NCBI GenBank assembly: GCA_963556805.1
Contig: CAUWCC010000003.1
Location: forward strand, 2,401-66,400
Direction of reading: 5' to 3'
From: an uncultured Bulleidia sp.
GTDB taxonomy: Bacteria; Bacillota_I; Bacilli_A; Erysipelotrichales; Erysipelotrichaceae
DNA length: 64,000 nucleotides
The notes under the pieces are model-generated. The model was not told the DNA's origin. It made no database searches and worked only from the letters and a program-made list of their open reading frames with translations. A program made the translations under genes and the position numbers. Below, piece after piece: positions 21,792 to 29,657 of the stretch; the stretch's first letter is position 1, and each line of letters starts with the position of its first letter.

Positions 21792-21820
21792 TTGTAAATG
21801 TTTTCATTAGAGCGTATAAT
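21792..21820 (+). promoter_or_regulatory. SigA-type promoter of the ytxG-like/orf/ccpA unit with an overlapping cre-like site
   Basis: TTGTAA, 17 nt, TATAAT. TGTAAATGTTTTCA (21793-21806) is one mismatch from cre. Confidence 0.65.
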
Positions 21821-21845
21821 AACCACAGTTTAAGAGGTGAATATC

Positions 21846-22214
21846 ATGGTAGATGAATTACTGGCAGATTTAACGATAGTTTGTCAGCAGTTGCTGCCGA
21901 TCGTTGGAACGACAGCACTGGTCTTTCTTTGTATCTTGTTCCGCAAAGGTTGGAAGTTGATTGAACAAATCACTGACACAGTTAAGTCATTGGATCCTAC
22001 ATTGCGTAAGGTCGATCAAAGTGTTGATAAATTACAAGCTCCATTGGATACGGCAGTGAGATTATCTCATTCTGTAGATCGTGTTCAACAAAAGACAGAA
22101 GAGGCATTTGGCAAAGTAACTGATTTTGCATCAGATTCTATCAATAATTTGAAAGACTTCACTGCTCAGCAGGAGAAGGCACATGCTTCTGATGATCAGG
22201 AGACAAAAGAATGA
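21846..22214 (+). CDS. YtxG/DUF948-like membrane-anchored coiled-coil protein
   Basis: N-terminal TM then heptads (TL.KVD..VDKL..PL.T...LS.SVD); upstream of ccpA as ytxG is in Bacilli. SD AAGAGGTG favours ATG 21846. Confidence 0.65.
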   Translation: MVDELLADLTIVCQQLLPIVGTTALVFLCILFRKGWKLIEQITDTVKSLDPTLRKVDQSVDKLQAPLDTAVRLSHSVDRVQQKTEEAFGKVTDFASDSINNLKDFTAQQEKAHASDDQETKE

Positions 22215-22669
22215 GTCTGGAATCCAAAAAGAAATTTGAGGATGCTGCAGAACAGTTGAATCAGACATTACAGAAAGTGTATCCAATAGTAGAAGATAAG
22301 AATGAAAGACTGATTGCTTACATTAAAGAAAATGCAAGAAGTGCCTGCTTGGAAGATCGGGAGTATTCTGTTGTCAAGCAAAATATATTACCGGCTGAGG
22401 GGTATGTTGAAACGGCATGTCAACATATTAAAGATGTTCTGCAAAAAGCAGAGGATGAAGTTGGTCATGCTTTCTATGGAAGGTTACGTCCAGAACAGAT
22501 CGTACAACTGTACAAATGGAGAGAAGATTGCAAAGAGGCAGTCCGCAAGGCGGTGGTAGCTGCAGATCAAAAGTGGAATAAGCCGGAAGCTGTAAAAGCA
22601 AGACATGATGCAATCGCATATATGCAAGAAAAGATCAAGACTTTGCGTAAGTCTAGAGATGAGAAATAA
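22211..22669 (+). CDS. Hypothetical helical protein (occupies the ytxH position)
   Basis: 152-aa ORF coupled by ATGA overlap to the upstream gene and ending 11 nt before ccpA. Confidence 0.7.
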   Translation: MSLESKKKFEDAAEQLNQTLQKVYPIVEDKNERLIAYIKENARSACLEDREYSVVKQNILPAEGYVETACQHIKDVLQKAEDEVGHAFYGRLRPEQIVQLYKWREDCKEAVRKAVVAADQKWNKPEAVKARHDAIAYMQEKIKTLRKSRDEK

Positions 22670-22680
22670 GGAGTTAGTGT

Positions 22681-23673
22681 ATGAAAAGAGTCACTATATA
22701 TGATGTTGCGAAGGAAGCAAACGTTTCTTTAGCGACGGTATCACGTGTTATTAATGGTTCTAATGTCGTAAAAACATCAACGAAAGACCGTGTACAGGCT
22801 GCTATTGATAAGCTTGGTTATAAGCCGAATGCAATTGCACAGGGATTGGCTTTGCAAAAAACGACAACAATTGGGCTGGTTGTTCCTGAAGCATCCTTTA
22901 CTTATACAGGACAGATCATCAATGGTTTGATCGATGTTGCTAAGATCTATAATTACAATATCATGCTTCATACAATTACTGCTGGTATTACAGATATTAG
23001 TGATGTGATCGAAGATATTATTAAGAGTCGTGTGGATGGTGTTGTTGTTTATAATGACAAGCTGGCAATGCCGCAGATGGAAGAGTTATCTAAATATAAT
23101 ATTCCGATTGTTGTGATTGGTAATAAGATCAAGGGTCAGCATGTATGTTCTGTTTTTGTTGATATTAAGAAAGCAGTATATGAACTGACAGCAAAGTATT
23201 TGGAAGAGGGTAAGACACGCATTGCGATCATTGAGGATCGCAAGAATCCATATACTTCTTTACAGATGAAAGAAGGGACAGAGAAGGCTTTTGAGGCTAA
23301 GGGACTGCACTTTGATGGATATTTGTCTATCCCATCCTCTTCTCGTACAAGTTATGACTTTTTGTCTAATTGGCTCAAGGATCACCAGTATGATCTGATG
23401 ATCGGCAATCGTGATTCACAAGCAATGGCGATCGTCAATGCAGCACGAGAGAATGATATTTCAATCCCGGATGATATGGAAGTTGTATGTGTGATCGATA
23501 CAAAGTACAATTCTATGATGCGTCCGCAAATCTCTTCTTTTGCAATTCCTAGTTATGACTTGGGTGCGGTATCTATGCGTGTTATGACAAAGATGTTGCA
23601 GAATGATGGTGAATCTGATCGTGAGATCGAATTGAGTTATTTGTTTACACCACGTCAGACAACGAAAAATTGA
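22681..23673 (+). CDS. ccpA: Catabolite control protein A (LacI family)
   Basis: VTIYDVAKEANVSLATVSRVING, YKPNAIAQGLA, YDLGAVSMRVMTK (CcpA-type C-terminus); upstream of tyrS. Confidence 0.88.
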   Translation: MKRVTIYDVAKEANVSLATVSRVINGSNVVKTSTKDRVQAAIDKLGYKPNAIAQGLALQKTTTIGLVVPEASFTYTGQIINGLIDVAKIYNYNIMLHTITAGITDISDVIEDIIKSRVDGVVVYNDKLAMPQMEELSKYNIPIVVIGNKIKGQHVCSVFVDIKKAVYELTAKYLEEGKTRIAIIEDRKNPYTSLQMKEGTEKAFEAKGLHFDGYLSIPSSSRTSYDFLSNWLKDHQYDLMIGNRDSQAMAIVNAARENDISIPDDMEVVCVIDTKYNSMMRPQISSFAIPSYDLGAVSMRVMTKMLQNDGESDREIELSYLFTPRQTTKN

Positions 23674-23701
23674 CGGTGTACGTTAAAAGATGTAAAGTGA
23701 C

Positions 23702-23725
23702 AAAGCCGTTATACGGCTTTATTTG
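23702..23725 (+). terminator. Terminator-like hairpin between ccpA and tyrS
   Basis: AAAGCCGT-TAT-ACGGCTTT plus TATTT. Confidence 0.7.
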
Positions 23726-23754
23726 AGTGAAATAAAATATTTGGGAGGAAAATC

Positions 23755-25002
23755 ATGGATTTTATTGAAGAGTTAAAGTGGAGAGGTCTTGTAAAGGACT
23801 GTACAGATTATGACAATCTTGTCGAAAGATTGAAGAAGCCTGTTACTGTCTATTGTGGCTTTGATCCTACTGCAGATTCTTTGCATGTTGGTCATCTCCA
23901 GCAGATCCTTCTTTTGAGAAGATATCAGAAAGCAGGTCATACACCGATTGCTTTGTGCGGTGGTTTTACAGGTATGATCGGTGATCCAAGACCTACAACA
24001 GAACGTAAGCTTTTGACACATGAAGAAGTTCTTCACAATGCAGAATGCATTAAGGATCAGTTGGCTAAGTTCTTGGATTTTGATGGTGATAATGCTGCGA
24101 TCATGGAGAACAATAACAATTGGCTCGGGGAGTTGACATTGTTGGACTTCTTGCGTGATTACGGTAAGTTGTTCAATGTAGCATATATGCTGCAGAAGGA
24201 TACGATCAAGAAGAGATTGGATTCTGGTCTATCTTATACAGAATTTACATATACGATCTTGCAGGCGATCGATTTCTTGAATTTGCGTAAGATGCATAAC
24301 TGTGAAGTTCAGATCGGTGGCTCTGATCAATGGGGTAATTTGACTTCTGGTATTGAATTGATCCGTAAAGTCATGGGGGATGAAGTTAAGGTATTTGGTA
24401 TTACTTCTCCGTTGATCACAAAGAGTGATGGGTCTAAGTTTGGTAAGTCTGAGGGTAAGAATATTTGGTTGGATCCAAATCGTACAAATGCCTATGAGTT
24501 CTACCAGTTCTGGCTCAATACACCGGATTCCGATATTATCGATTATCTGAAGCGTTTGAGCATGCATACACCTGAAGAGATCATGGATCTTGAAAAGTCT
24601 TTGCAGGAACATCCTGAAAAGAGAGAAGCACAGATTGCCTTGGCAGAAGAGTTGACAGAGACAGTACATGGTGCGGATGGTCTTGCGACAGCTAAGAAGA
24701 TCACAGAGACATTCTTCCATGGTTCCATTAAAGATCTGACTGCAGATGAACTTCGTGTTGGTCTTGCGGATGCACCTAAGACAGCTGTAGAAGATGGTAC
24801 ACCTTTGTTGGATGCATTGGTTGCATGTGGTGTAGCAAAGTCTAAGAGCAATGCTCGTACACTTGTACAGCAGGGCAGTATTCAGGTAAATGGTGACAAG
24901 GTCACAGATTTGAATTATGCTTTAGCACAGGCAGATGCCTATGATGGTGAGTTCACAATCTTGAAAAAGGGTAAGAAGAACTGGTTCATCGTTACATTCT
25001 AA
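23755..25002 (+). CDS. tyrS: Tyrosine--tRNA ligase
   Basis: YCGFDPTADSLHVGH, QIGGSDQWGN, KFGKS, C-terminal S4-like domain. Confidence 0.98.
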   Translation: MDFIEELKWRGLVKDCTDYDNLVERLKKPVTVYCGFDPTADSLHVGHLQQILLLRRYQKAGHTPIALCGGFTGMIGDPRPTTERKLLTHEEVLHNAECIKDQLAKFLDFDGDNAAIMENNNNWLGELTLLDFLRDYGKLFNVAYMLQKDTIKKRLDSGLSYTEFTYTILQAIDFLNLRKMHNCEVQIGGSDQWGNLTSGIELIRKVMGDEVKVFGITSPLITKSDGSKFGKSEGKNIWLDPNRTNAYEFYQFWLNTPDSDIIDYLKRLSMHTPEEIMDLEKSLQEHPEKREAQIALAEELTETVHGADGLATAKKITETFFHGSIKDLTADELRVGLADAPKTAVEDGTPLLDALVACGVAKSKSNARTLVQQGSIQVNGDKVTDLNYALAQADAYDGEFTILKKGKKNWFIVTF

Positions 25003-25011
25003 GAGAAATAG

Positions 25012-25034
25012 AAAGGGGAATTTCCCCTTTTTTT
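25012..25034 (+). terminator. Terminator after tyrS
   Basis: AAAGGGGAA/TTCCCCTTT stem plus T run. Confidence 0.85.
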
Positions 25035-25055
25035 GTAGAGGTACAAGGTAGACAT

Positions 25056-25091
25056 AAAAAAGAGAACTCTTTTGAGTAAGAGTTCTCTTTT
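25056..25091 (-). terminator. Terminator after murC
   Basis: 12-bp inverted repeat AAAGAGAACTCT/AGAGTTCTCTTT with T run on the minus strand. Confidence 0.85.
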
Positions 25092-25094
25092 ACT

Positions 25095-26504
25095 TTATTC
25101 ATCTTCTGGGAAATCGTAATGGTACTGGGCAAGATCATCTGCGATCTGGTATACATCACCAGGTCCCATGGTAATGATGATGTCATCTTCCTCAAGGTTA
25201 TTGAGGACCCAATCTTCAAGTGTTTTGAAATCTGGGAATACATGACATGGTGTGCCGAGTGCTTCTACTTTATCCGCAAGATCTTGGGATGTAATGCCGA
25301 GTGTATCTGTTTCACGAGCTGCACAGATCGGTGGTAACACAACACCATCTGCATGATGGAGTGCTTTGGCAATATCATCCATCAAAGCCTTTGTACGGCT
25401 GTATGTGTGCGGCTGGTAGCAGGCATATATCATATGATGCGGCATATGCTGTGCAGCATCCAAAGTTACCTCAACCTCCGTTGGATGGTGAGCATAGTCG
25501 TCTACGATTTTGATGCCATTGCGGATACCCTTTAACTGGAAACGGCGATCTGTTCCTTTGAATGCTTGCAATGCATCGTGGATGCTTTGTTCACTAGCAC
25601 CGCATAGATCACATGCCGCGATAGCAGCAAGTGCATCCCATACATATTGCTTGCCAGGTAGCTGGAGTTCGATCTCTTGGCTGTCCTTGCCCTTGCGAAC
25701 ACATGTAAAGCTAGGGTGTGCTGCATCATTGAAGCGGATATTTTCAGCATAGTAGTCAGCTTTTTTGTGATCATCACCAAAGTAGATAACGTGGCATGCA
25801 AGACCATCTGTGATCTCTTCTACCTGCGGGATCTCGGTATCAATGATCAACCAGCCGTCAGCAGGAATATTCTCTGCAAAACGACGGAAAGAATGACGAA
25901 TATCATCCAAGTCCTTAAAGAAGTCCAAGTGATCTGCTTCGATATTTGTGATGATACCGATCTTTGGATTTAAAGATAAGAAACTGTTTGTATATTCACA
26001 TGCTTCCGCAACAAAACGATCTGTTTCACCAATGCGGTAGGATGTACGCATAGAATTGAGAACACCACCGATCTGCAAAGATGGATCTTGACCATCACGA
26101 AGCAAGATCTCGGAAATAAAAGACGTTGTTGTTGTCTTGCCATGTGTGCCACTGATGGCGATAGACATAGGATACTGAGCCATGATCTGACCAAGCAGTT
26201 CCGCACGTGTGATGTGCGGGATCCCTTTTTCTTCTACCGCTGCATACTCAGGATTTTCCTTGGAGATAGCAGCAGTGAAGATAACACAGTCGATATCATC
26301 AGTGATATTTTCTTTATTTTGTCCGATGATGACAGTAATACCTTCTTTTTCAGCCTGCCAAGAATGCGGAGATTCGACCTGATCACTTCCCCATACGGTA
26401 AAACCGAAACGTTTCATCATGCCGGCAAGACCGCTCATGCTGGAACCACCGATACCACAGAAATAGAGTTTTGCATCAGGATGTTTAAAATCAATCTGGT
26501 ACAT
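25095..26504 (-). CDS. murC: UDP-N-acetylmuramate--L-alanine ligase
   Basis: GIGGSSMSGLA, ISGTHGKTTTT, AEACEY, EADHLDFF, GTDRRFQ, DDYAHHPTE, QPHTYSRT. Start at ATG 26504 after SD GAAGG. Confidence 0.96.
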   Translation of the reverse strand: MYQIDFKHPDAKLYFCGIGGSSMSGLAGMMKRFGFTVWGSDQVESPHSWQAEKEGITVIIGQNKENITDDIDCVIFTAAISKENPEYAAVEEKGIPHITRAELLGQIMAQYPMSIAISGTHGKTTTTSFISEILLRDGQDPSLQIGGVLNSMRTSYRIGETDRFVAEACEYTNSFLSLNPKIGIITNIEADHLDFFKDLDDIRHSFRRFAENIPADGWLIIDTEIPQVEEITDGLACHVIYFGDDHKKADYYAENIRFNDAAHPSFTCVRKGKDSQEIELQLPGKQYVWDALAAIAACDLCGASEQSIHDALQAFKGTDRRFQLKGIRNGIKIVDDYAHHPTEVEVTLDAAQHMPHHMIYACYQPHTYSRTKALMDDIAKALHHADGVVLPPICAARETDTLGITSQDLADKVEALGTPCHVFPDFKTLEDWVLNNLEEDDIIITMGPGDVYQIADDLAQYHYDFPEDE

Positions 26505-26528
26505 ACGTTTACCTTCTTTCATACAATA

Positions 26529-26716
26529 GGTATTCTGACTACTCTCCATACCTTGCCATGGAGGTTCTAACTGCTGATATTTACAGTACTCATATATCAT
26601 TTTTAGATGATAGAATACTGTCATTCTAGCTAAGCAGTGAACTCTACAATCAAGCGGTTCTATAACCGCATTCACGATTGTTTTCTTATTCCTACAGGAA
26701 GCATAGTCAATCTCCC
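26529..26716 (-). ncRNA. Candidate ~190-nt structured RNA upstream of murC (6S-like or cis-regulatory)
   Basis: Closing stem UGACUAUGCUUC/GGAGAGUAGUCA, hairpin ACAAUC..GCGGUU-AUAG-AACCGC..GAUUGU, long stem GAGUUC-ACUGCU...ACAGUAUUC/GAGUACUGU...AGCAGU-AGAAC-CUC; own extended -10 promoter. Confidence 0.5.
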
Positions 26717-26728
26717 ATTTGCATATGG

Positions 26729-26737
26729 ATTATACCA
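26729..26737 (-). promoter_or_regulatory. Extended -10 promoter for the murC leader
   Basis: TG-G-TATAAT on the minus strand, about 220 nt upstream of the murC ATG. Confidence 0.7.
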
Positions 26738-26803
26738 TATATATGCTCTTTTTCAGTAAAATACATATGTCTTTCATTCTGGTAAAAACAGTGTTGTTTT
26801 CAC

Positions 26804-26824
26804 TTGTGATCGTCATGATCACAA
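26804..26824. repeat. Perfect 8-bp inverted repeat between divergent promoters
   Basis: TTGTGATC-GTCAT-GATCACAA. Confidence 0.8.
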
Positions 26825-26894
26825 TGTAGATCCGGCTTTTGCACGATTTGGGAGAATATGCAAACTTCTATTGTCTTTTTGGTATAATACGAGT

Positions 26895-27428
26895 ATGCAG
26901 GTAAAAAAGATTATGAACAAGAGTTGGTTAGGTTGTGTTCTAGTGGCAGGATTGGTGCTATCTGGTTGTACAACAGATGAGAGTGAGTCTGCTGCTTTAT
27001 TACGATATAAAAGCTATTATGCAGCGATTGCTGAAAATACTGATTTTTCTACATCTTCTGATATGTATACATTAAGTGCGGAGATGACGGAAGAACAAGA
27101 TGGCAATCGTGCATATTATATCTTTGTGGATGATCCGCAGGCTGCTATGTATGATGTGGTCGTTATGGCAGTGGAAAATAATATGCCTTATGATACTAAT
27201 GTGAAAATGATGCCGAGCATAGGTGTGTTCGATGGACCATATTCCATGATCCCTTATCAGGTAAATAAAAAAGATGGTTTTGTGAAAGGCGTGGTCGTAA
27301 GCGGCAGTACAAATCAGGAATCTGTGAATTTAAAGGTGATGGTAGAATGGAAAGATCGGTATCGCGAGAAGGTATCTCGTGATTTCTATTCCTTTGCATT
27401 ATCAGAGAAGGGGGTGAAGGAAAGATGA
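26895..27428 (+). CDS. Lipoprotein of unknown function
   Basis: KSWLGCVLVAGLVLSGC lipobox. Start is ATG 26895 (6 nt after TG-G-TATAAT) or ATG 26913. Confidence 0.75.
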   Translation: MQVKKIMNKSWLGCVLVAGLVLSGCTTDESESAALLRYKSYYAAIAENTDFSTSSDMYTLSAEMTEEQDGNRAYYIFVDDPQAAMYDVVVMAVENNMPYDTNVKMMPSIGVFDGPYSMIPYQVNKKDGFVKGVVVSGSTNQESVNLKVMVEWKDRYREKVSRDFYSFALSEKGVKER

Positions 27429-28972
27429 GGAAAAAGCTTCCGTCTTGGCAGGGTGATATTTCTGCTGCTGCACAATGGATCGAACGTTTGACGGAAGTAC
27501 TCATGCTTGTACCTTTATGTGTGCTTGCTAAAAGTGCATTATTTGCACTTGTGCCAGTCATGTTCTTAAATCGTCTGATTGTTGATGTTTTTTGCGTGCA
27601 TCTACCCTTTGTATTAGAGAAGATGTTCGCAATGATCTTAGCAAAGAAGAATAAGCGGAAGTTTATTGCTGCGCATGTGAGTCTGCGTCAGGAATTGATG
27701 GTCGCTGGTATTTTGTGCGGTGGTATTTTAGCAATCGCTGTACCAGTGCTTTCTTCTTTTGTGTTAGGTGATCAGGCTCCAGTAGAAGATCTGAATTTGA
27801 TGAAATGTGCTTTGTGGTGTTTTACACCAGTGATCGTTGTAGATGCGATGCTGGCTGTACATCGTGGTATGGATCTAACGGTCTCTAAAAACAAAGGTTT
27901 CTTATTTAGGTGGATCTTAGAGCAAGGGCTTCGTTTGGCAGCTATGATTATATTTATTTTAGCAGCTGGAAAAGGAGCAGATAGTGTGTTATCTATCGTA
28001 TTAGCAGTGCTTGCTGTTGGTCTGCCGGCTTTGGGCTTGCTTGTGTATTATGAGAAATATGACAATGTGATGCTGCTAGGGCAGCCGGGACCGATGAATG
28101 CTAATGTAAAAGCAATGTTCAATCGTCGGGCTGTACCGCATGTCATGACTGTTATTTCTGAAGAATTGTGGTTGATCCCACCAGTATTTCTTTCCTTGCC
28201 GTTGGTGGTGCATTTCGGCATGGAGTATGGCGTGGCAAAGCAGTTGTATGGACTTGGTAGTATGATGCAGATGTTCATGGTGCTGATCCCTGCACTATTG
28301 ATGTTTGGTACAGTATTGCATGTGAAGGGGTCTTTGCAAAGTGCAGGAAATCTACCCCAGGAACAAAAGGGGCAAAGGATCGAGAGTGCATTGAATAAAG
28401 CAATTAAGTGGATCATGCCAGCTGGTATGTTCTTGATGCTGGAAAGCAAGCCTTTGTTGCACGTTTTGTTTCAGATAGACGACCCTGCATCAGCAGGTTT
28501 GTTAGCAGGATGCGGGCTTTTAGCTGTGGTATACAGTGGTGCTTCTTTTACTTCACAGGTGATGGATGCGATGGATCTGAAAGCATTGCGAAATCAATAC
28601 TGCTGGCTGGCCTTTGTTTTTCAATTAGTTGGTTTTTATCCTTTGGTGAAGCAGTATGGCTTTGCTGGGGTCATTTATGCGGATATTTTGTTCTTCGCTG
28701 TTTTATTGTTTATGAATCTTGCAAAAATCAAGAATCGCAGTATCGTTTCGATGCGGAAGGTCGGCAGTGTACTTGTACGTACTGTAATTGCGGGCTTTGC
28801 TATGCACGGTGCTGTTTATGGTCTTTCTTTGCTTGGTCTTACCGGTATGCAGAAAGATCTAGTGCAGGCTATCAGCAGTTTATCGGTGATGATAGCTGTT
28901 GGCGGGGCGGCATACTATATGACGGGGGATATTGTTAAGATATTCCGTTTTCGGAGGATTGTGAATGATTAG
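27425..28972 (+). CDS. Diverged MOP-superfamily flippase (YtgP/MurJ-SpoVB-like)
   Basis: About 14 hydrophobic segments; N-terminal pattern aligns loosely with YtgP (ERLTEVLMLVP, LPFVLEKM); lies directly before the rsuA-like gene as ytgP does in B. subtilis. Confidence 0.65.
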   Translation: MRKKLPSWQGDISAAAQWIERLTEVLMLVPLCVLAKSALFALVPVMFLNRLIVDVFCVHLPFVLEKMFAMILAKKNKRKFIAAHVSLRQELMVAGILCGGILAIAVPVLSSFVLGDQAPVEDLNLMKCALWCFTPVIVVDAMLAVHRGMDLTVSKNKGFLFRWILEQGLRLAAMIIFILAAGKGADSVLSIVLAVLAVGLPALGLLVYYEKYDNVMLLGQPGPMNANVKAMFNRRAVPHVMTVISEELWLIPPVFLSLPLVVHFGMEYGVAKQLYGLGSMMQMFMVLIPALLMFGTVLHVKGSLQSAGNLPQEQKGQRIESALNKAIKWIMPAGMFLMLESKPLLHVLFQIDDPASAGLLAGCGLLAVVYSGASFTSQVMDAMDLKALRNQYCWLAFVFQLVGFYPLVKQYGFAGVIYADILFFAVLLFMNLAKIKNRSIVSMRKVGSVLVRTVIAGFAMHGAVYGLSLLGLTGMQKDLVQAISSLSVMIAVGGAAYYMTGDIVKIFRFRRIVND

Positions 28973-29657
28973 AGTAGATAAAGCGCTGGCATCGATGGGG
29001 ATCGGAAGCCGTAGTGATGTGAAGAAGATGTTGAAGGATCGTAGAGTAACGATCAATGGTGAGATCGTGAGAGATGGTTCCTTGAAGATGGATGAGGATG
29101 CTGAGATCTTGATTGATGGAATGTTATTTCGTTATCAGAAATTTACATATCTTATGATGAATAAGCCGGCAGGTGTGATCAGTGCCACCGAGGGGCTGGA
29201 TCCAACGGTCATTGATCTGATCGAGATGCCGGTCAAGGGATTGTTTCCTTGTGGTAGACTAGATAAAGATACAACAGGACTTCTGCTGATCACAAATGAT
29301 GGACAGCTTGCGCATCAATTGCTTTCACCGAAGCATCATGTAGAGAAAGAATATGAAGTGACACTGCGGGATGCAGTGTCAGAGGAAGATATTGCAAAGA
29401 TTGCTGCTGGGGTGGAAGAAGGTGGTGATCTGTTTATGCCGGCGGTATATAAAAAACTCACGGATACTTCCGGCAGGATCATTCTGCATGAAGGGAAGTT
29501 CCATGAGATCAAGCGTATTTTTTCTGCATTAGGTAATGAAGTTACTTCCTTGAAAAGAGTTCGTATGAAAGATCTTGTGCTGGACGATGATCTAGCACCA
29601 GGTGAGTATCGTGAACTGTGTGAGGAAGAACTTAAAGGACTGCAGGGTCTACTTTAG
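28965..29657 (+). CDS. rsuA: RsuA-family pseudouridine synthase
   Basis: S4 domain (RVDKAL..GIGSRS.VK), NKPAG, GRLDKDTTGLLL, EGKFHEIKR. Confidence 0.9.
   Translation: MIRVDKALASMGIGSRSDVKKMLKDRRVTINGEIVRDGSLKMDEDAEILIDGMLFRYQKFTYLMMNKPAGVISATEGLDPTVIDLIEMPVKGLFPCGRLDKDTTGLLLITNDGQLAHQLLSPKHHVEKEYEVTLRDAVSEEDIAKIAAGVEEGGDLFMPAVYKKLTDTSGRIILHEGKFHEIKRIFSALGNEVTSLKRVRMKDLVLDDDLAPGEYRELCEEELKGLQGLL

Noticed and set aside
26529-26716. murC leader as a known riboswitch (c-di-AMP, lysine, glycine, SAM, glmS ribozyme, T-box) or SRP RNA
   Set aside because: The hallmark conserved sequences of these classes are absent; only a loose CAGC...AACCUC resemblance to c-di-AMP.
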